Below, in pieces: positions 51,289 to 61,525 of a stretch of DNA of 64,000 bases; the stretch's first letter is position 1, and every line of letters starts with the position of its first letter. A program made the position numbers and the translations under genes. The notes under the pieces were generated by a model. It worked only from the letters and a program-made list of their open reading frames with translations, made no database searches and was not told the DNA's origin. Location of the stretch: contig OZ245006.1 of the NCBI GenBank assembly GCA_965223545.1, positions 3,232,001-3,296,000 of the forward strand, written 5' to 3'. The DNA comes from Planctomycetota bacterium. GTDB lineage: Bacteria; Planctomycetota; UBA1135; UBA2386.

Positions 51289-52260
51289 ATGAGACCCTTC
51301 GATACGACGGCCGCGCCCCACTGCGCGGCGCTCTTGCTCGCCACCCTGATGGCTCCGGCCATGCAGGCCCAGTGCCCCAGCGAGCCCCCACTGCGCAACT
51401 ACACCGGCAGCGGCACGGTCACCTGCCCGTGTTTCGTCGCCGGTGAGCGCGCCGGCGTCGTCCTGCAGGCACCTGCCATCCACTATCCGCTCGAGATCCT
51501 CAAGGTGCGCATCGGCTGGGGCTCGCAGTTCGGCGGCACGCGCCCGTCGACGGAGCGCGCGATCCTGATCTATCCCTCCGGACTACCCAACCCCGGCAGC
51601 CCGCAGCTGACGTTCCCCTCGCCGGTGCTCACCGACGGCTTCATCAACGAGTTCGACCTGCAAGCGGTCACCGGCAACAAGACGATCACCAGCGGCCCGT
51701 TCACCGTGGCGCTCGAGTTCGCCAACAGCAACGCCGGGCAGCTGTTCGCGCCGAGCGTGGTGCACGACGGCAACGGCTGCCAGCGAGGCGCCAACGTCGT
51801 GTTCGCCATCCCCGGCGGATGGAACGACGCGTGCGCGCTCGGCGTGACGGGCGACTGGCTGTTCGAGGTGGTCTATCGCCCCGTCAACTGCCCGACGGCC
51901 ACCTGCGTCGTCCGCACCGGCAGCGGCACCAACCCCTCGGGATACGCCTGCGTCACCAACCCCGTGGTCGGCACCACTTGGCGGAGCTCGATCCCGACCA
52001 CGCCGACTACGGTCGGCACGTGGATCGCGCTCTCGACGACCGCGATCGGCGGCTTGCCGACCGCGTTCGGCGAGCTGCTGATCGCCGCCGCGCCCGCGCC
52101 GGTGATGATCGCCGGCAACGGCTCGCACGCGGTGCCGATCCCGACCTTGGCCAGCCTGGTCGGCGCGTCGCTGTCGACGCAGGGCGTCCGCGTCGATGCC
52201 CCGGCAGGCACGCCCGTGGTGGCGCTGCTCAACGCGGTGGATTTGGTGCTCGGCCTGTAG
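51289..52260 (+). CDS. Secreted hypothetical protein with the shared C-terminal domain
   Basis: Signal peptide ending MQA-Q; C-terminus STQGVRVD...LNAVDLVLGL. Confidence 0.75.
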   Translation: MRPFDTTAAPHCAALLLATLMAPAMQAQCPSEPPLRNYTGSGTVTCPCFVAGERAGVVLQAPAIHYPLEILKVRIGWGSQFGGTRPSTERAILIYPSGLPNPGSPQLTFPSPVLTDGFINEFDLQAVTGNKTITSGPFTVALEFANSNAGQLFAPSVVHDGNGCQRGANVVFAIPGGWNDACALGVTGDWLFEVVYRPVNCPTATCVVRTGSGTNPSGYACVTNPVVGTTWRSSIPTTPTTVGTWIALSTTAIGGLPTAFGELLIAAAPAPVMIAGNGSHAVPIPTLASLVGASLSTQGVRVDAPAGTPVVALLNAVDLVLGL

Positions 52261-52293
52261 CCGGCTCGCCCCGCCGGGACGTGACGCCGAGCG

Positions 52294-53546
52294 TCACGAG
52301 CCGATCGGCACGACCTCGGCGTTGGTCAGACCGATGCCCCCACTCGGGCACACGACCACACCCTGCGCGCAGATCAGCAGGTTGCACAGATTGAAGTTGT
52401 TGGGCAGGGGAACCGGTGCGAACCCGCTGCCGCCGCAGGCACCCGCGCCGCCCAGCGGGATCGGGCCGATGTTGATCAGCGAACCGTTGACCACCGGGTA
52501 GAACCGCCCGCACAGGAACGGGATCGGCTGGCAGCCGCCGACGTTGAGGAAGGCGAAGCCGGTCGAACCGCTCGGGGCGTTGTCGAAGGCGAAGCCGAAC
52601 GCGCCGTTGCCCGGCACCGCCGCGCCAACCGCATCGAAGCTCATGCTCGGGCAGCTCGGGCACGCGCTCGGTAGACAGCTCCCACCGAGCGAGCGCGCGG
52701 TGATCGAGCGGATGTCGAAGCCGTACCAGAACTCGGCGCGCGGGTGGTTCAGCGGGCAGCAGCTCTGCGGCCGCAGGGTCGGGCAGCTGGCGCCCGCGGC
52801 CCAGATCACTGCCTGGGTCGACGTCTGCCGCCCATCCGAGATCAGGATCTGGTCCTTGCACTCGTCGTAAGCCATCGCGCGGATCGACTGCAGCTGGCCT
52901 GTCGCGCAAGCGCTGACCGGGATCCGGCAGAACGGCTGGCAGTTGGGATCGCCCCGCCGATACAGCAGCAAGACGTTGTTGGGCGTCAAGCCGCCGAACA
53001 CCGAGCTGGCGACGTAAATCACATCGCGCTTCTGGTCGAAGGCGATCGCGCCGGCGCGATGGCGGGTCGTGGGCAGCGGGATCCGACACGTGGACCGAGG
53101 CTGCGGACAGTTGACCGGCGACAGGCTCCAAGTCGTGATTGCGGCGAAGCCCGGCACCGTCTCCAGCTCGTACATCTCGCGCCGGGCCGGATTGATCGTC
53201 AAGCCGGACGCGCGCGAGGTCGCGCCGAGCGCTTGGGTGGCGGGCACCAGACAGCCGCTCTTGCAGGTGTTCTGGTCGACCTCGAGGATCCGCGTCCCCT
53301 CGGTGTGCCACACCACGTCGCGCATCGGGTCGTAGGCCGCGCCACCGGCCCAATCGACCGTCGGCGGCGGCAGCACGTTGGTGCAGTGCACGATCGGGGG
53401 GTCGCAGACCACTGCTCGGTGATGCTGGAAGAGGGGTTGCCGGGGTTTGCGGTGAACCCGATAAACGGACCCTGCGCTGTGGCGGCGCCGACCACCAGGG
53501 CGACGGCAGAAAGGTGCCCGGGCAGGGCGGAAAGACGGTGTGACAT
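52294..53546 (-). pseudogene. Cys-rich secreted beta-propeller protein with the shared C-terminal domain; single-base frameshift near 53412
   Basis: GAGG RBS and the signal peptide MSHRLSAL...ATA-Q lie in one frame; the mature body VVCDPP...CAQGVV...TNAEVVPIGS lies in another. Confidence 0.7.
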
Positions 53547-53685
53547 TGGATTCCTCAAGGGTCGATGCGGGCCGCACCAATGCGGTCTCACGTTTGAGGA
53601 ACGCGACCCTCGTCGTCGGCCCAAGGTGGATTCCGTGGTTTTCTTCGCGAAGGCAACCGCCGCGGGCCACCGGATCGGGGCACGG

Positions 53686-54945
53686 ATGACCGAGGCCCCC
53701 GAGCCGGCAATGCTCCGCTACGCACGAGTCCTGGGCTCGATGCGCGCCGCCGGTGCCCGGACCCCGCGCGACCGGGACGTGCGCTTTCTTCGCCGATTCT
53801 GGCTGCGGTCGTATACCGACTCCCAGGATGGAGCCGCCAATCCCTGCGCGTTCGAGGCGCTGGGGTTCACGTATCTCTTTGACGATGCACTGCCATCGCA
53901 GCCTCAGGAACCCCGCGTGATCGCCGCTTTCGGCCGTGCCCGGGCCTCCCAGCCCGGCGCAGCCTTGCTCGCTCGAATCCTCGAAGAGCGATCGTCCGGC
54001 ACGCCAGCACGCGCCTCGGTCGATCGCTTCGAACGCGAGATGCACTTCCAGTTCGAAGCAAACTCCAAGCGGGTGCTGGCCCGGCTCGACCGCGGCATGG
54101 TCGGCGCACTGGGCCACTTCCGCCGCGGGATCGCGGAGCTCTCGCGGCAGGTTCTCGCAGACTACCCGGGGCTGCGCCTCTCCGAGAAGGTGCGCACCGA
54201 GCTCGAGGCCCTCGCGAACACTCTCGGCGACGGCCCGACCGGCAACGTCGCCGGCGCCCTGCGGCAGCTGCGTCCGCTGCAACGGCTGGAAGCCACCGAC
54301 CTCGAGCCTTGTGTCAGACTCGCCGACGAAGCCGAGCGATCCACGACTTGGCCGGCCACCCGGCCGATCCGGCGCGCCCTCCTCGAGACCCTGCGGCGGC
54401 GCGCATTCCGTGATCTCCTCCGAGAACTCCGCAAGCCCGGAACCCCGGACGACAACGAGAGAATTCAACGGCGGCTGGGGCCGGTACTCGCCGAGCTGAA
54501 AGCGCGCCCGCGCAGCGAGAAGATCCAGCGTCGCTTCCGCTTCTTGCCGGAGGGCACCGGGCTCGGTGACGAGTACGACGTCGGACACCTCGTGGCGCAC
54601 GCCGCGGGTGGCTCCACCGACGTCAACTACTTCGCGCAGCGGCGCAGCCTCAACCAGGGCCGCTCTGGCGCCGGGCGCCGCTACCGGTGGATGGAGCGGA
54701 TCGCCTCCACCGGCGGCGACGCGGTGCGCTTCTTCTTCTCGCGGCTGATCTACCGCGATGACACCGCGTTGCCGACCGCGCTGGAATACGGAGTGCTGGT
54801 GACCGACGACCGCGCCGCGCAACTACGCCGGGATCATCGCTTCGCCGGCCCGATGTGGCTGGTCGCCCCGGCGGCGAGCGCGGCAGACAAAACACCCTTG
54901 TCGTGGTGGATCGGTCGCTTCGACAACCGAGCAGACCAAGACTGA
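53686..54945 (+). CDS. His-Me finger (DNA/RNA non-specific) endonuclease domain protein with a long helical central region
   Basis: YDVGHLVAHAAGG..DVNYFAQRRSLNQG...YRWMER...FFFSRLIY...LEYGVL. Confidence 0.75.
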   Translation: MTEAPEPAMLRYARVLGSMRAAGARTPRDRDVRFLRRFWLRSYTDSQDGAANPCAFEALGFTYLFDDALPSQPQEPRVIAAFGRARASQPGAALLARILEERSSGTPARASVDRFEREMHFQFEANSKRVLARLDRGMVGALGHFRRGIAELSRQVLADYPGLRLSEKVRTELEALANTLGDGPTGNVAGALRQLRPLQRLEATDLEPCVRLADEAERSTTWPATRPIRRALLETLRRRAFRDLLRELRKPGTPDDNERIQRRLGPVLAELKARPRSEKIQRRFRFLPEGTGLGDEYDVGHLVAHAAGGSTDVNYFAQRRSLNQGRSGAGRRYRWMERIASTGGDAVRFFFSRLIYRDDTALPTALEYGVLVTDDRAAQLRRDHRFAGPMWLVAPAASAADKTPLSWWIGRFDNRADQD

Positions 54946-54960
54946 TCGCGCCTCCTCACC

Positions 54961-55656
54961 TCATAACGGCTCGAGTTCGACCCGCCGAAACTCACACACC
55001 GCGCCCTCGGCCTGGATCGCGATCCGGCCCCGCGTCGCGGTGCAGTCCGTGCCGTGGTTGACCAGATCGCCGTTGACGTAGATCGAGACCTCGCGCCCCT
55101 GGCAGACGACGACCATGCGGTTCCACTCGCCGACCGCGTGCTCCGAGTCGTCGGTGAGGTTGCGGATCCGGCGGTTGCGCCCCTCGTCGACGCCCCACTT
55201 CTCGGGCGGGCCGCGCCGGGCCTCCATGTCGGGAACGGTGATGTCCTCGCCGATGCACCAGAAGTCGCCGGCGTTGCCGTGGTGCAGCTGGCACTCGAGC
55301 GACTGAGGGAACATGCCGTACAACCGGCGCGGCGTGGATGCGTGCACGAGGATGCCGCAGTTGCCGGGCTCTCCCGGCCACCGGTACTCGACGGTCAGGC
55401 GGTAGTTCTCGTAGTCGGCGTCGGTCACCAAGTGGCCCGGCGGCGAGCCTCGGCTGACCAGGAGCCCGTCGCGCACTTCGAAAGAGGGCGGCGTTTCCGC
55501 CCTCTCGTCGGCGGCGGGGACATCGGTGTGCCAACCCGAGAGATCCGTACCGTTGAACAGCGGAATGACGGCGGGAGCCGGCGGCGGCGCGGCACAGGCC
55601 ATCGCGACGGCCGTGGCCACACCACCGATCCCGCACCGAAGGGCAATCGATCGCAT
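54961..55656 (-). CDS. DUF1080 (3-keto-disaccharide hydrolase fold) lipoprotein
   Basis: LFNGTDLSGW, NCGILVH, LECQL, GEWN, GRIAIQAEG..EFRRV. Confidence 0.9.
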   Translation of the reverse strand: MRSIALRCGIGGVATAVAMACAAPPPAPAVIPLFNGTDLSGWHTDVPAADERAETPPSFEVRDGLLVSRGSPPGHLVTDADYENYRLTVEYRWPGEPGNCGILVHASTPRRLYGMFPQSLECQLHHGNAGDFWCIGEDITVPDMEARRGPPEKWGVDEGRNRRIRNLTDDSEHAVGEWNRMVVVCQGREVSIYVNGDLVNHGTDCTATRGRIAIQAEGAVCEFRRVELEPL

Positions 55657-55752
55657 CGGACCAAGCGTAGCGGGCACGCCGAGTTGAGCGCACAGCCGGC
55701 GCGGACTCCGGTCCATCGTTGACGACGAGCGCTCGGAGCGCACGCTGGCGGC

Positions 55753-56991
55753 GTGCCGCGCGCGCTCCCGATCGTCTACTTCGCCACCGGCCACTGTTGC
55801 CTGCTCGCCGCGTGCCTGGTCGTGGCGCTCGATCCACAGCCGTTCGCGGTGACGATGCTGCTGCCCCGCGTCGTCGCCGTCGTGCACCTCGTCACGCTCG
55901 GCTGGATCACGACCTCGATCCTCGGCGCGACCTACATCGTCGCGCCGATGGCCTTGGCCGTGCCCTTGTCGGCGACGCGCGCCGACGGGTGGGCCTGCGC
56001 CGGAGTGCTGATCGCCGCCTCCGGCGTCATCTCTCACTTCTGGCTCGCCGAGTACTCGGGGATCGCCTGGTCCGGCGGCATCCTGCTGCTTGCGTGCGGC
56101 ACGGTCACGGCCAAGGTGCTCGCCGCCTTGCGGCGCGCGAAGGGCACGCCCGCTCCGCTGCGCGCGCACATCGCGCTCGCCTACGTCAACCTGATGGTGG
56201 CAATCCTGCTGGGCACGTGGCTCGCGTTCTGCAAGACCCACCCCGAGTGGCTGGCCCACCCTCTCGATGCGTTGATCGCGCACGCACACGTCGCCGCCGT
56301 CGGCTGGGCCGTGATGATCGCCGTCGGCGTCGGCCATCGCCTGCTGCCGATGTTCTTACCGGCCGCGCCACCGACCGACCGCACGGCGTGGACCACGGTG
56401 TGCTGTCTGCAAGGCGGAGTGGGCCTGGCCGTCGCCGGCTTCTGGCTGCCCGCAGCCCTGCCCTTCGCTGCGATCGGAATCGTCCTGGGCATCGGCGTCT
56501 TCGCCGGCGACGTGGTGCGCATGCTGCGCCAACGCCGCCCTCCGCCGCGCGCGCTGCGCCGGCCCGACCCGGGCGCCCTGCAGGCACTGTTCGCGATCAC
56601 CTGCCTGGTGGTGGCGGCGGCGATCGGGCTGTGGCTCGCACTCGATCCCACCCCGCGCCCGCGCTGGACCGCGGCCTACGGCGGGTTGGCGTTGGTCGGC
56701 TTCCTGTCGCAGCTGATCCTCGGCATCGGCCAGCGACTGTTTCCGCTCTTTGCCTGGCGGCGGCAATGGGACGACAACGAGCACCGCACCCTGCCACCGT
56801 CGCCACACACGACTCCGGTCCGTGGCTTGCAGGTGGGCCAATTCGCAGCGTGGTTGATCGGAGTGCCGGCTCTGACGGCAGGTCTGGCGTCGGCCAGCCC
56901 GGCATGGATCAGTGCGGCGGGTTGGGCGCTGGCAGCCGGCACCGCGATGGCCGCGGTCAACACCGCCGTCGTGCTGCGCGCGCGGACGTAG
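55753..56991 (+). CDS. Multi-pass membrane protein with conserved His residues (heme-copper oxidase subunit I/NnrS-like fold)
   Basis: About 12 TMs; HLVTLGWIT..ILGA, AHAHVAAVGW...GVGHRLLPMF. Confidence 0.6.
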   Translation: MPRALPIVYFATGHCCLLAACLVVALDPQPFAVTMLLPRVVAVVHLVTLGWITTSILGATYIVAPMALAVPLSATRADGWACAGVLIAASGVISHFWLAEYSGIAWSGGILLLACGTVTAKVLAALRRAKGTPAPLRAHIALAYVNLMVAILLGTWLAFCKTHPEWLAHPLDALIAHAHVAAVGWAVMIAVGVGHRLLPMFLPAAPPTDRTAWTTVCCLQGGVGLAVAGFWLPAALPFAAIGIVLGIGVFAGDVVRMLRQRRPPPRALRRPDPGALQALFAITCLVVAAAIGLWLALDPTPRPRWTAAYGGLALVGFLSQLILGIGQRLFPLFAWRRQWDDNEHRTLPPSPHTTPVRGLQVGQFAAWLIGVPALTAGLASASPAWISAAGWALAAGTAMAAVNTAVVLRART

Positions 56992-56997
56992 CCGCCG

Positions 56998-58869
56998 TCA
57001 GTCCGGATCCACCATCCGCTCCGGCGCCAGCCGCGCGGCGATCTCCTCGTTCAGCAAACCGCGGTCGCGCAACACGTCGGCGAGGCTCTTGCCCGACGCC
57101 AGCGCCTCGGCGGCGACCTCGGTCGACGGCCCGTAGCCCAACACCGGCACCAGGGCGGTCACCAGGCCGATGCTGTTCTCGACGAACTGCCGGCACTGGG
57201 ACTCGTTGGCGGCGATGCCCTCGACGCAGTTGGCCGCCAGGGTGCGCGCGGCGTTGGCGAGAATGCGCAGCGATTCGAGGATGCTGGCGGCGATCACCGG
57301 CTCCATCACGTTGAGCTGCAGCTGGCCCGCCTCGGCGGCGAGGGTGATGGTGAGGTCGTTGCCGATGACGCGGTAGGCGACCTGGTTGACCACCTCTGGG
57401 ATCACCGGGTTGACCTTGCCTGGCATGATCGAAGATCCGGGCTGCCGCGGCGGCAAGCGGATCTCACCGAGGCCGGCGCGCGGGCCGGACGAGAGCAGAC
57501 GCAGGTCGCTGCAGATCTTCGACAGCTTGATCGCCGTGCTCTTCAGCCCCGACGAGAACATGACGAACGCCTGCGTGTCCTGCGTCGCTTCGATCAGGTT
57601 GGGTGCGGCGGCCAGGCGCAGACCGCTGACCTCACACAGGCGCTCCACGACCCGCTTGCGGTAGCCCTTGGGCGTGTTGAGCCCGGTGCCGATCGCGGTG
57701 CCGCCGAGGTTGACGGTGCGCAGGTCGTCGCGCGCGCGCTGTAGCGCGTCGAGCTCCTGACGGAGGCTGACGGCGAAGGCGCCGAACTCCTGGCCCAGGG
57801 TCATCGGCACCGCGTCCTGCAGCTGGGTGCGGCCCATCTTGACGACGGTGGCGAACTCGGCGCTCTTCGCCTCGAACGCGCCGATCAACGCCTCCAGGCT
57901 GTCGACGAGCTCACGGCTGCTCAGGATGATGCCGACCTTGAGTGCGCTCGGGTACACGTCGTTGGTCGACTGCGAGCAGTTGACGTGGTTGTTCGGGTGC
58001 AGGCGGTCGTAGTCCCCCTTGTCGTGCCCGAGCAGCTCAAGGGCGCGGTTGGCCAAGACCTCGTTGGCGTTCATGTTGGTCGACGTGCCGGCACCTCCCT
58101 GCAGCATGTCGACGACGAAGTAGTCGTGCAGCTTGCCGGCGATCACCTCGTCGGCAGCGTCGGCGATGGCGGCGGCGACGTCGTCCGGCAGGGCGCCGCA
58201 GTCTCGGTTGGCGAGGGCGCACGCCTTCTTCACCATCGCCAGAGCCCGCACCAGATGGGGATAGGCATTGAGCCGGCCGCCGCCAATGTCGAAGTTGGTC
58301 AGCGCCCGCATCGTCTGCAGGCCGTAGTAGGCCTCGGCCTGCACGTGCCCATCGCCGAGCAGATCGTGCTCGACGCGCGTGCGACCGGTCGAGAACGCCT
58401 GCGTCACCCCGCTGGTGCGGAACAGAAGCTGATCGACGCGACCGACCACCTCCGCCAGCAAGCTCGCCAGCATCCTCTTCTCGAGCTCGTGGTCGTCGCC
58501 GACGAACTCCTTGACCCGGTCGCGGTGCAAGACGTCGACGGTCACGCCGGTCAGCGCGGTGGCCGTCGTCGAGTGCACCGAGTCGCCGATCATCATGCCC
58601 TCGCCGAGCACATCCCCGCGGACCAGCGTGGTCACCGCCCGGCGATTGCCGTAGACGTCCGCCCGGCTCAGCTCGACGCGGCCGGAACGCACCAGGAGCA
58701 GGCGCGCACGCGGATCGCCCTCGGCAAACAGCACCTCACCCTCCGCGTAGCTTCGCGGCTCGACCATCGCCAGTAGGCGCGCCACCTCGTCCGGCGCGAG
58801 GTTGGCAAAGATGTGCACCTGGCAGAAGGGATGCTCCTGGTGGGAGCCTGCGGTAAAGGGGTCGGTCAT
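56998..58869 (-). CDS. aspA: Aspartate ammonia-lyase fused to an N-terminal cyclic-nucleotide-binding domain
   Basis: GEVLFAEGD...LLVRSGRVEL...GDVLGE..HSTTATA; GGAGTSTNMNANE, QSTND, GRTQLQDA, GSSIMPGKVNP. Confidence 0.9.
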   Translation of the reverse strand: MTDPFTAGSHQEHPFCQVHIFANLAPDEVARLLAMVEPRSYAEGEVLFAEGDPRARLLLVRSGRVELSRADVYGNRRAVTTLVRGDVLGEGMMIGDSVHSTTATALTGVTVDVLHRDRVKEFVGDDHELEKRMLASLLAEVVGRVDQLLFRTSGVTQAFSTGRTRVEHDLLGDGHVQAEAYYGLQTMRALTNFDIGGGRLNAYPHLVRALAMVKKACALANRDCGALPDDVAAAIADAADEVIAGKLHDYFVVDMLQGGAGTSTNMNANEVLANRALELLGHDKGDYDRLHPNNHVNCSQSTNDVYPSALKVGIILSSRELVDSLEALIGAFEAKSAEFATVVKMGRTQLQDAVPMTLGQEFGAFAVSLRQELDALQRARDDLRTVNLGGTAIGTGLNTPKGYRKRVVERLCEVSGLRLAAAPNLIEATQDTQAFVMFSSGLKSTAIKLSKICSDLRLLSSGPRAGLGEIRLPPRQPGSSIMPGKVNPVIPEVVNQVAYRVIGNDLTITLAAEAGQLQLNVMEPVIAASILESLRILANAARTLAANCVEGIAANESQCRQFVENSIGLVTALVPVLGYGPSTEVAAEALASGKSLADVLRDRGLLNEEIAARLAPERMVDPD

Positions 58870-58999
58870 GGCGGTCGGGCCGACCCGCGTGGGGGCGGTC
58901 CGACGCGGATCGTGCCACAAGCGCGGCCGCCAGCCAAAGGCCTCGGCCGGCGGGCGCTCGCGGTTTGCACTGCCCGCCGCCAACCGCCACAGTGCGGCC

Positions 59000-59647
59000 G
59001 TGGAGACCCGCATCCTCCTGCTGTTCGCCCATCCCGCGCTGCACAAGTCGCGCGCCAACGCGCGGTTGTTGCGCGAGGCAGAAGCCCTCGACGGCGTCAC
59101 CGTGCACGACCTCTACGAGGAGTATCCCGACTTCGTCATCCACGTGGACCGCGAGCAGGCGCTGCTCTCGAGCCACGACCTGGTCGTCGCCCAACACCCG
59201 TTCTACTGGTACTCGACGCCGGCCATCCTCAAGGAGTGGCAGGACCTCGTGCTGGAGTACGGGTGGGCCTACGGCGAGGGCGGCGACGCGCTCGCCGGCA
59301 AGCAGTGGCTCAGCGTGATCACCACGGGCGGGGCGCGCGAGTCCTATCGCACGGGCGCGCACAACCGTTGGACGATGCGGCAGCTGCTCGCGCCGCTGGA
59401 CCAGACCGTGCACCTGTGCGGCATGGAGTACCTGCCACCGTTCGTCGTGCAGGGGGCGGGCAGGATGGACAGCACCGCGCTGGACCGCGTCGCCGGCGAG
59501 TACCGCGATGCGTTGGCCGGGCTGCGCGACGGCGCGGTGGATCTCGACGCGCTGCGGCAGCGCGACTACTTCAACCGCGACGCCGACGACAAGACTGACT
59601 GGCGCCCGCGCGACGCACGCATCGGAGGAACGACCAGTGCACGCTGA
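59000..59647 (+). CDS. kefG: KefG/KefF ancillary NAD(P)H oxidoreductase (flavodoxin-2 fold)
   Basis: FAHP, HDLYEEYPDF, QHPFYWYSTPAILKEW. Confidence 0.85.
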   Translation: METRILLLFAHPALHKSRANARLLREAEALDGVTVHDLYEEYPDFVIHVDREQALLSSHDLVVAQHPFYWYSTPAILKEWQDLVLEYGWAYGEGGDALAGKQWLSVITTGGARESYRTGAHNRWTMRQLLAPLDQTVHLCGMEYLPPFVVQGAGRMDSTALDRVAGEYRDALAGLRDGAVDLDALRQRDYFNRDADDKTDWRPRDARIGGTTSAR

Positions 59648-61499
59648 CGGGCTCTTGGTGCAGGCGTTCGTCTACTTGGTCGCCGCCGTCGCAGTGGTGC
59701 CGGTGGCGAAGCGACTCGGTCTGGGCTCGGTCCTGGGCTACCTGGTCGCCGGCGCGATCATCGGCCCGGCGGTGCTGGGTTGGGTCGGCGATTCGGCAGA
59801 CGTCATGCACTTCGCCGAGTTCGGCGTGGTGATGATGCTGTTCTTGATCGGGCTCGAGCTCCGGCCGGCACTGCTGTGGTCGATGCGGGGGCCGATCCTC
59901 GGCCTAGGCGGCCTGCAGGTCGCGGTGACGACGGTGGTGATCGCGGGGATCGGGCTGAGCGTGGGCCTGGACGCACGCCAGGCGCTGGCGATCGGCATGA
60001 TCCTGGCGCTGTCGTCGACCGCGATCGTGCTGCAGTCGCTCGCCGAGAAGGGTCTGCAGAACACTCCCGCCGGCCAGGCGTCGTTCGCGGTCCTGCTGTT
60101 TCAGGACATCGCGGTGATTCCGATGCTGGCGCTGCTGCCACTCCTGGCGGTCGCCGCGCCGACAGCCGATGCCGGCGCACACGGCGCCGCCGAGGGCTTC
60201 ACCGGCTGGCAGCACGCCTTGCTGGTCTGTGGCGTGGTCGCCGCCATCGTCGCCGGCGGCCGTTTCGCCGTCCGGCCCGCGTTTCGTTTCATCGCCGATG
60301 CGCGCCTGCGCGAGGTGTTCACCGCGGCGGCGCTGCTGCTGGTCGTCGGCATCGCGCTCGCCATGCAGGCGATCGGTCTATCGGCGGCCTTGGGCACGTT
60401 CCTCGCCGGCGTCGTGCTGGCGGACAACGAGTACCGGCACGAGCTCGAGGCCGACATCGAGCCCTTCAAGGGGCTGCTGCTCGGCCTGTTCTTTCTCTCC
60501 GTCGGCGCCAGCATCGATTTCGCCATGGTCGCCGAACGACCCGGCACGATCGCTGCCCTGGTCGCCGCTCTCGTCGCGGTCAAGCTCGCGCTGCTCATCG
60601 CGCTGGGACGCTTCTCGGGCCGCACCTGGAGCCAAACGCTGCTGTTCGCCGCGGCGCTCGCGCAGGGCGGCGAGTTCGCCTTCGTGCTGTTCTCGGTGGC
60701 CGGCCAACACGGAGTGCTCGGCGCCGACATCAGCGGACCGCTGATCGCCGCCGTCGCGTTGTCGATGGCGATGACCCCGCTGCTGTTGTTGGCCAACGAC
60801 CGCTGGGTCCAGCCGCGCTTCGCCAGCTCCGCCGACGCGCGCCCGGCCGACGTCATCGACGAGCACGACAACCCGGTCATCTTGGCTGGGTTCGGCCGGT
60901 TCGGGCAGATCGTCGGCCGACTGCTCAAGGCCAACGGCGAGCGGATGACGGTGCTCGATCTCGACCCCAACCTGATCGACGTGTTGCGCAAGTTCGGCCA
61001 CAAGGTGTTCTACGGCGACGCGTCTCGCCTCGAGCTCCTGCAGGCCGCCGGCGCGGCGCAGGCTCGCCTGCTGGTCGTGGCGGTCGACGATCGCGAGAAG
61101 GCCAACGAGATCGTCGCGGTAGCGCAGCGGCACTTTCCGAAGCTCCGCATCATGGCGCGCGCCGTGGGCCGGCATCACGGCTATGAGCTGCTGGCCAAGG
61201 GCGTGCAGGTCGTCGAGCGCGAGACCCTGGGCTCCTCGCTCGAGCTCGGCGTCGAAGCACTGTGCGCCCTCGGCCACCGGCGCAATCGCGCGTTTCGCTC
61301 GGCGCGCGCGTTTCGCTGCCGCGAGGAGGCGGCGATGCGCGAGCTGCACTCGGTGTGGGGCGACGACAAGGTCTACTTCGCGCGCGCCAAGGCGCGGGCC
61401 GACGAGCTGCAGTCTCTGCTGCAAGGGGACCTGGACCGCGGTACCGACGCCGACAGCGGCTGGGACCCGCCGGGAACGCGGGTCGACGCTGGGTCGTAA
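59637..61499 (+). CDS. kefB: CPA2 glutathione-regulated K+ efflux protein with a TrkA-N domain (KefB/KefC)
   Basis: GLGSVLGYL, AEFGVV, YRHELEADIEPFKGLLLGLFF, GFGRFGQ. Confidence 0.88.
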   Translation: MHADGLLVQAFVYLVAAVAVVPVAKRLGLGSVLGYLVAGAIIGPAVLGWVGDSADVMHFAEFGVVMMLFLIGLELRPALLWSMRGPILGLGGLQVAVTTVVIAGIGLSVGLDARQALAIGMILALSSTAIVLQSLAEKGLQNTPAGQASFAVLLFQDIAVIPMLALLPLLAVAAPTADAGAHGAAEGFTGWQHALLVCGVVAAIVAGGRFAVRPAFRFIADARLREVFTAAALLLVVGIALAMQAIGLSAALGTFLAGVVLADNEYRHELEADIEPFKGLLLGLFFLSVGASIDFAMVAERPGTIAALVAALVAVKLALLIALGRFSGRTWSQTLLFAAALAQGGEFAFVLFSVAGQHGVLGADISGPLIAAVALSMAMTPLLLLANDRWVQPRFASSADARPADVIDEHDNPVILAGFGRFGQIVGRLLKANGERMTVLDLDPNLIDVLRKFGHKVFYGDASRLELLQAAGAAQARLLVVAVDDREKANEIVAVAQRHFPKLRIMARAVGRHHGYELLAKGVQVVERETLGSSLELGVEALCALGHRRNRAFRSARAFRCREEAAMRELHSVWGDDKVYFARAKARADELQSLLQGDLDRGTDADSGWDPPGTRVDAGS

Positions 61500-61525
61500 A
61501 CTGCACTCCAACCGTGAGTCGCCGC

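Noticed and set aside
52294..54822. 842-aa minus-strand ORF as a single gene
   Set aside because: Its 5' half is antisense to the endonuclease gene; only the part below ~53412 is the real frameshifted gene.
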